Position numbers and translations under genes: made by a program. Source: a bacterium (lineage in GTDB: Bacteria; Eisenbacteria; RBG-16-71-46). From it: 30,675 nt of DNA. The stretch spans positions 1-30,675 of the forward strand of contig JAYWEM010000009.1 in assembly GCA_043779265.1 (NCBI GenBank), written 5' to 3'. Positions within the stretch are counted from its first letter, which is position 1. Every line of letters starts with the position of its first letter. This document shows, piece by piece, positions 26,790 through 30,675 of this stretch. Under the pieces are notes generated by a model. That model had not been told where the DNA came from. It made no database searches and saw only the letters and a program-made list of their open reading frames with translations.

Positions 26790-27317
26790 TCATCCGGAGA
26801 TCCCGTACTCGCGGCCCTGCCGGATCGACTCGGGCCACGTGCCCTCGAGTTCGACGCCCAGTCCGTGCGCGATCCGGTTCACGTAGTTGAAGTAGGACGC
26901 CACCTGGTTGGCATCGACGATCGCCCGATCATCGAGTCCCAGCGCGCGGAGCGGCTCGAGCGCGTCCTCTCGCAGCTCATGCGGCGAGCGAGTGAGCGCG
27001 ATCGCGTAGTGGCACAGTGCGCGCATGCGCGGTTCGAGTGCATCGAGACGACCGGAGGCGACCGCCTCCGTCAGTGAGGCGTCGCCGGATTCGCGGCCGA
27101 GCGCCTCTCCGTGGTGCGTCACTCAATAGTGGCACTCGTTGGCCGCCGAGACCGCGACCGCCATGGCCTCGCGCTCGGCGCGCGACAGCGGCGACTCCCC
27201 GAACATGACCGCGCGATAGAGTGCCAAGTGAGCGCGTTGCGCTGGGGCATTGAGCGAGTGCGATGCGACGATGTGCGCTTGGCCCTCGGCCGAGGGATCG
27301 ATGCGGACCCAGGTCAT
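26790..27317 (-). CDS. Peroxidase-related AhpD/CMD-family selenoprotein (CHYU; UGA 27123-27125 read as Sec; 175 aa)
   Basis: Two track ORFs are in frame and join as LSRAEREAMAVAVSAANECHY*VTHHGEAL...ASYFNYVNRIAHGLGV; the stop sits at the second Cys of the family CxxC. Confidence 0.85.
27076..27107 (-). promoter_or_regulatory. Putative bacterial SECIS element
   Basis: GAGGCG-c-TC-g-GCCG-[CGAATC]-CGGC-GA-CGCCTC; loop 29 nt after UGA; G at loop position 2. Confidence 0.6.
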
Positions 27318-27372
27318 GTGCTTCCCTCTCGCGTGGAGGCCAACCGCGATACCGCGCGATCGGCCGTGAATG

Positions 27373-27702
27373 TCACTTGGCCGGCAGCGACTCGGCGTAT
27401 TCGGTCGCCAGTCCGATCCAGTGGGCCAGCTGGGCCTTGGTGCGGTAGCCCGCCGCGCTGACGAACACCATGCCCTTCATCGGGCGACCGGTGAAGTCCA
27501 TCGGCCGCGCGCCGGCTCGCTTGAGCGCCGCCTCATGCGCATCGGGGCCGACGCGGACCATGAGGTCCTCCCTCGTCACGCCGCACGCCATGTGGCCGCG
27601 CATCATGAACGCGAGACCACCGAACATGCGCTTCTCGACGACCGACTTGCGCTTGCCCACCACTTCACGCACGCGCTCGGCGAGCGCTTCATCGAATGCC
27701 AT
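27373..27702 (-). CDS. TfoX/Sxy N-terminal domain protein
   Basis: MAFDEALAERVRE...EKRMFGGLAFM..GHMACGV...LMVRVGP...MDFTGRPMKGMVFV. Confidence 0.88.
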   Translation of the reverse strand: MAFDEALAERVREVVGKRKSVVEKRMFGGLAFMMRGHMACGVTREDLMVRVGPDAHEAALKRAGARPMDFTGRPMKGMVFVSAAGYRTKAQLAHWIGLATEYAESLPAK

Positions 27703-27747
27703 GACGCCTCCTCGTGAGCCGCGAGTGGCTGGTGAACGTCGGACCGA

Positions 27748-28791
27748 TCAGCGCAGCAGCGACGTCTCACGGTTCACCGCGACCCACGTGTACCAGTAGG
27801 TATCGAGCCCGGGCAGCACCGAGACGCCATCGATCATGGCGAGGCGCTCGAGCGAGGCGGCCGAGTCGAGCCGAACGGGCTTCGGTCTCCCTCGCCCGCG
27901 CGGCTCGGCGACGAAACCGCCTGCATCGGAGCGGATGAGTCCCCGGGGCACCAGCCAGGCACGGGTGGTCGCGAACACCGAGGAGCCGGGTTCGCGGAAC
28001 AGGAACACCTGCGGCGCCGCCTTCGAACTGTCGCCTGCAGTTGCCAGATAGCCGCCCGCAACCGTCTCGTGCGCAACGGCATAGGCCAGGGACTGCAACC
28101 GGAACGCGAAGATCGGATGCTTGGCCGCCAGCCGCTCGTCCGAGACCTTGGCATTGCGGAATGTGCGCTCGGACGTGAAGTGGTTCTCGTAGTGGTTCGT
28201 GGCCACATGCGACTTGCCCTCGACCGAGAGCACGCGCGTCTCTGGATGGCGACGGCGCCATTCACCCCACATCGCCTTCTCACCCGCCGGTAGCTCCGAG
28301 AGTCCGCGGCCCTCCATCGGGCCGCCGATCGAGGCGCCCTTCATGATCGACCACCAACTGTCGGTCTCGCGGTCGCGCATCACCAGAGCCGCATCCAGCA
28401 GCCCGCCCGAAGCTTCGAAGTTCAGAGTCCGATTCGCGATCGTCCGGTCGTACACGACGCCGGTATTGGCCAGTGGTCACCACACGGCCGCGATCGGGCG
28501 TCCTCCGACCGAGTCGTTCACGATCTCGTGGCCGTTCAGGAGATTCAAGCTGTATGCGCGCGCCTCACCCGCGATCTCGATGCCGAGCACCCACGCGGAG
28601 TCCGGCAGGTCGGCTTCGGCGGCCGAGACGAACTGCGGCGCGAACACCGCGGGGATACCGCCTCTCTCCATCAACATCTGCACGCCCGTCGGAATCGAAT
28701 CGGGGTGTGATGCGGCGTGTGCGAGCGGGGTGATCATCGCGAGGAGCACGGCCGCGAGTGTGGCTGGACGGAGCATCCTGATGGTCGGCAA
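27748..28791 (-). CDS. DUF3179 domain-containing exported selenoprotein (UGA 28477-28479 read as Sec; 347 aa)
   Basis: GGAGG SD + TTG start; signal peptide; GGIPAV, EARAYS, HEIVND..GGRPIAAVW*PLANTGVVYDR...FEASGGL...LVMRDRETDSWW; the stop aligns with the first Cys of family CPLC. Confidence 0.85.
28444..28463 (-). promoter_or_regulatory. Putative bacterial SECIS element
   Basis: CCG-gc-GTCG-[TGTA]-CGAC-CGG; loop 22 nt after UGA; G at loop position 2. Confidence 0.55.
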
Positions 28792-28803
28792 GGTTACCTC
28801 CTG

Positions 28804-29778
28804 CTACATCCAGCGCATGCGCTTGAACACGATCAGTTGCAGGATCGCAACGGCGATCAAGATGCCACACACGATGCCGAAGGCGGATGCGTTGTCGGCG
28901 CCGGGCATGCCGCCGACGTTGATTCCCAGCAGCCCGGTCAAGAGTCCCAGCGGCAGGAAGATGCCGGTGATGATCGAGAGCGCGTACATCGTGCGGTTCA
29001 TGCGCTCCGAGAGCCGGCTGTTGAGTTCCTCCTGGGTAACCGCGGCGCGGTCACGCGCGGAGTCGAGGTCCTCGACATGGCGCGTGGTGCGGTCGGCGAT
29101 CTCGCGCAGGTGCACGCGGCTGACATCATCGAGCCACGCGACGCGCTCGGCGTGCAGTTGGGCCACCGCATCGCGCTGCGGAGCGATGTAGCGGCGCAGC
29201 ATGACGATCTTGCGCCTCATGGTTCCGATTGTGGAGCGCAACGTGCGACTATCGTCGTCTGCCACGTCGTCATCGAGTGCATCGACCTGATCGTCGAGTT
29301 CGGCGAGCACGGTGCCGATGCGGTTCGTCAGCCCCTCGGCGATGTCGACCAGCAACTCGGTACTCGTCTTGGGTCCCTGCCCTGCCGCCAGTGCGGCCCG
29401 AAGGGCGTCGATCGCCATGACGCGCCGCTGGCGCGTGGTGATGACGCGCCTCTCATCGACGAACATGCGGATCGAGACCATATCCTCGGTCTCGGCGCCC
29501 GGGTTCATGTTGACGCCCCGCAGCACCACGAGCAGGCCGCCGTGCCCGGCGACGCTGCGCGGCCGGGTCTCCTCGGCCAGCAGCGCGAGCGTGATCGTCT
29601 CATCGAGGCCGCTGCGTTCCTCGAGCCAGCTCGCAGCCTGGGGATGCGAGTAGTCGAGGTGGACCCAGATCGTCCCGGCTTCCGGCGTCCATTGGTGGAT
29701 GCCGTTCCAGTCGAGCGGCTTACCACCACCTTGTCCATCGAGCACGAAGGCGGCGACGAGGCCGGCGTTGTCGGTCAT
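28804..29778 (-). CDS. zntB: Zinc transporter ZntB (CorA superfamily)
   Basis: WVHLDY, LLAEETRPR, LRGVNMNPGAETEDMVSIR, LRRYIAPQRDA, GLLGINVGGMPG (GIN motif); GGAGG SD. Confidence 0.92.
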   Translation of the reverse strand: MTDNAGLVAAFVLDGQGGGKPLDWNGIHQWTPEAGTIWVHLDYSHPQAASWLEERSGLDETITLALLAEETRPRSVAGHGGLLVVLRGVNMNPGAETEDMVSIRMFVDERRVITTRQRRVMAIDALRAALAAGQGPKTSTELLVDIAEGLTNRIGTVLAELDDQVDALDDDVADDDSRTLRSTIGTMRRKIVMLRRYIAPQRDAVAQLHAERVAWLDDVSRVHLREIADRTTRHVEDLDSARDRAAVTQEELNSRLSERMNRTMYALSIITGIFLPLGLLTGLLGINVGGMPGADNASAFGIVCGILIAVAILQLIVFKRMRWM

Positions 29779-29864
29779 CGGAACGGCCTCCATGCGGTGA
29801 GTCGGGTCAGGCGATCGATTGCGAGCGCTCGGACCATACGCCACGGCGGGGCAGGTTGCAGCAG

Positions 29865-29895
29865 AGAGGCCCGGGCATTCAGCGCCCGGGCCTCT
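29865..29895 (-). terminator. Hairpin/terminator after the FlgD-domain gene
   Basis: Perfect 12-bp inverted repeat AGAGGCCCGGGC-N7-GCCCGGGCCTCT, 26 nt after the stop; weak U-tract. Confidence 0.65.
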
Positions 29896-29921
29896 TCGCT
29901 TGCGACTCTCGAAGCGTTCGG

Positions 29922-30674
29922 CTATTCGAGCATGATCACCTTGCGCATGGTCGACTCGTTGCCCGCACGGAATCGGACCATGTAGATGCCGGGCGTCAGC
30001 TTGCGGCCCAGATCATCATCGCCCGACCACGCGATGCGATGCAGCCCCGCGCCGAGCCGTCCGGTCGAGAGCGTGCGCACCTTCGCGCCGTGCAGGTCGT
30101 ACACCTCGAGCGCGGCCTCCTGCTCGGCCGACAACTCGAACTCGAGTGCCGTGCCGCCACGCGCCGGGTTCGGGAACGCGCCGCGGAAGCTGGTGCGCTG
30201 CGCCGAGGTCCCGGGAGCGTCCACCGTGCCGGTCACGAATTGCAGGTTATAGCTGCCGTTGTAGCTGAAGCGATTGCGATGGGACTTCCACACGGAGACG
30301 CAGTAGTAGCCCGCCGTCGTGATATCCACGATCACCGACTCCATCCGATTCTCCGGTTCGAGCCACGCCAGTCCACCCGGGAAGGCGTCGGACTTGCCGC
30401 CATAGACCATGTCCTCGCCATGGAGCGTGAGGCCCCAGTCCACGCTGCCGGCCTCCGGCATCACGTCGATCTCCCAGCGGCCCGGCGTGAAGTAGACCTC
30501 GTGCAGGTTCATCACGCGGCCACCGAGCACGTTGAAGGGCCCATGCATGCCGGCCGGGTTGAACCCGAGATAGGGCGCGGTCACGACCTCGGCGTGATAC
30601 GCGGCGGTCCCCGTGCCGTAGCGGACGATGCCGACGTCGAACGCGCGGAATCCCGTTCGATTGAAGTTGGCGAT
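29922..30674 (-). CDS. C-terminal part of a secreted protein with FlgD-Ig/T9SS-like domain (5' end outside window)
   Basis: Frame open to the window edge (IANFNRTGFRAFDVG...); FPNPARGG...VYDLHGAKVRTL...WSGDDDLG...PGIYM. Confidence 0.82.
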   Translation of the reverse strand: MANFNRTGFRAFDVGIVRYGTGTAAYHAEVVTAPYLGFNPAGMHGPFNVLGGRVMNLHEVYFTPGRWEIDVMPEAGSVDWGLTLHGEDMVYGGKSDAFPGGLAWLEPENRMESVIVDITTAGYYCVSVWKSHRNRFSYNGSYNLQFVTGTVDAPGTSAQRTSFRGAFPNPARGGTALEFELSAEQEAALEVYDLHGAKVRTLSTGRLGAGLHRIAWSGDDDLGRKLTPGIYMVRFRAGNESTMRKVIMLE

Positions 30675-30675
30675 C

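Noticed and set aside
27123..28479. Genome-wide UGA reassignment (code 4/25) or two pseudogenes as the explanation for the in-frame TGAs
   Set aside because: Many intact genes here end in TGA at their natural C-termini (aroF, arsS, DUF547); both internal TGAs fall exactly on conserved Cys positions and both halves look intact

Overview
GC-rich bacterial chromosomal window of about 30 genes with no phage, IS or CRISPR. Three proteins carry FlgD-Ig/T9SS-like C-terminal domains, suggesting an Eisenbacteria/FCB-type lineage (inference). The left part has two outer-membrane barrel genes, thrS, tRNA-Val(GAC), aroF, a HAF-repeat protein, aroC, a BNR/VPS10 hydrolase and a Rieske oxygenase-cytochrome c-permease operon. 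The centre is an arsenosugar-type cluster (ArsS radical SAM + AhpD partner; DUF547-GT2-PiT-DUF3047) split by modABC. The right part has an exported DUF255 thioredoxin protein and a zntB-DUF3179-tfoX-AhpD operon. Main signals missed by the ORF track: (1) two genes split by an in-frame UGA exactly at a conserved Cys position, each followed by a SECIS-like hairpin, i.e. two probable selenoproteins in one operon; (2) a 24-aa Phe/Tyr/Trp-rich leader peptide with alternative hairpins upstream of aroF, i.e. a probable attenuator; (3) a thrS leader hairpin displaying a GGU anticodon-like loop; (4) a structured leader upstream of the DUF547 operon.
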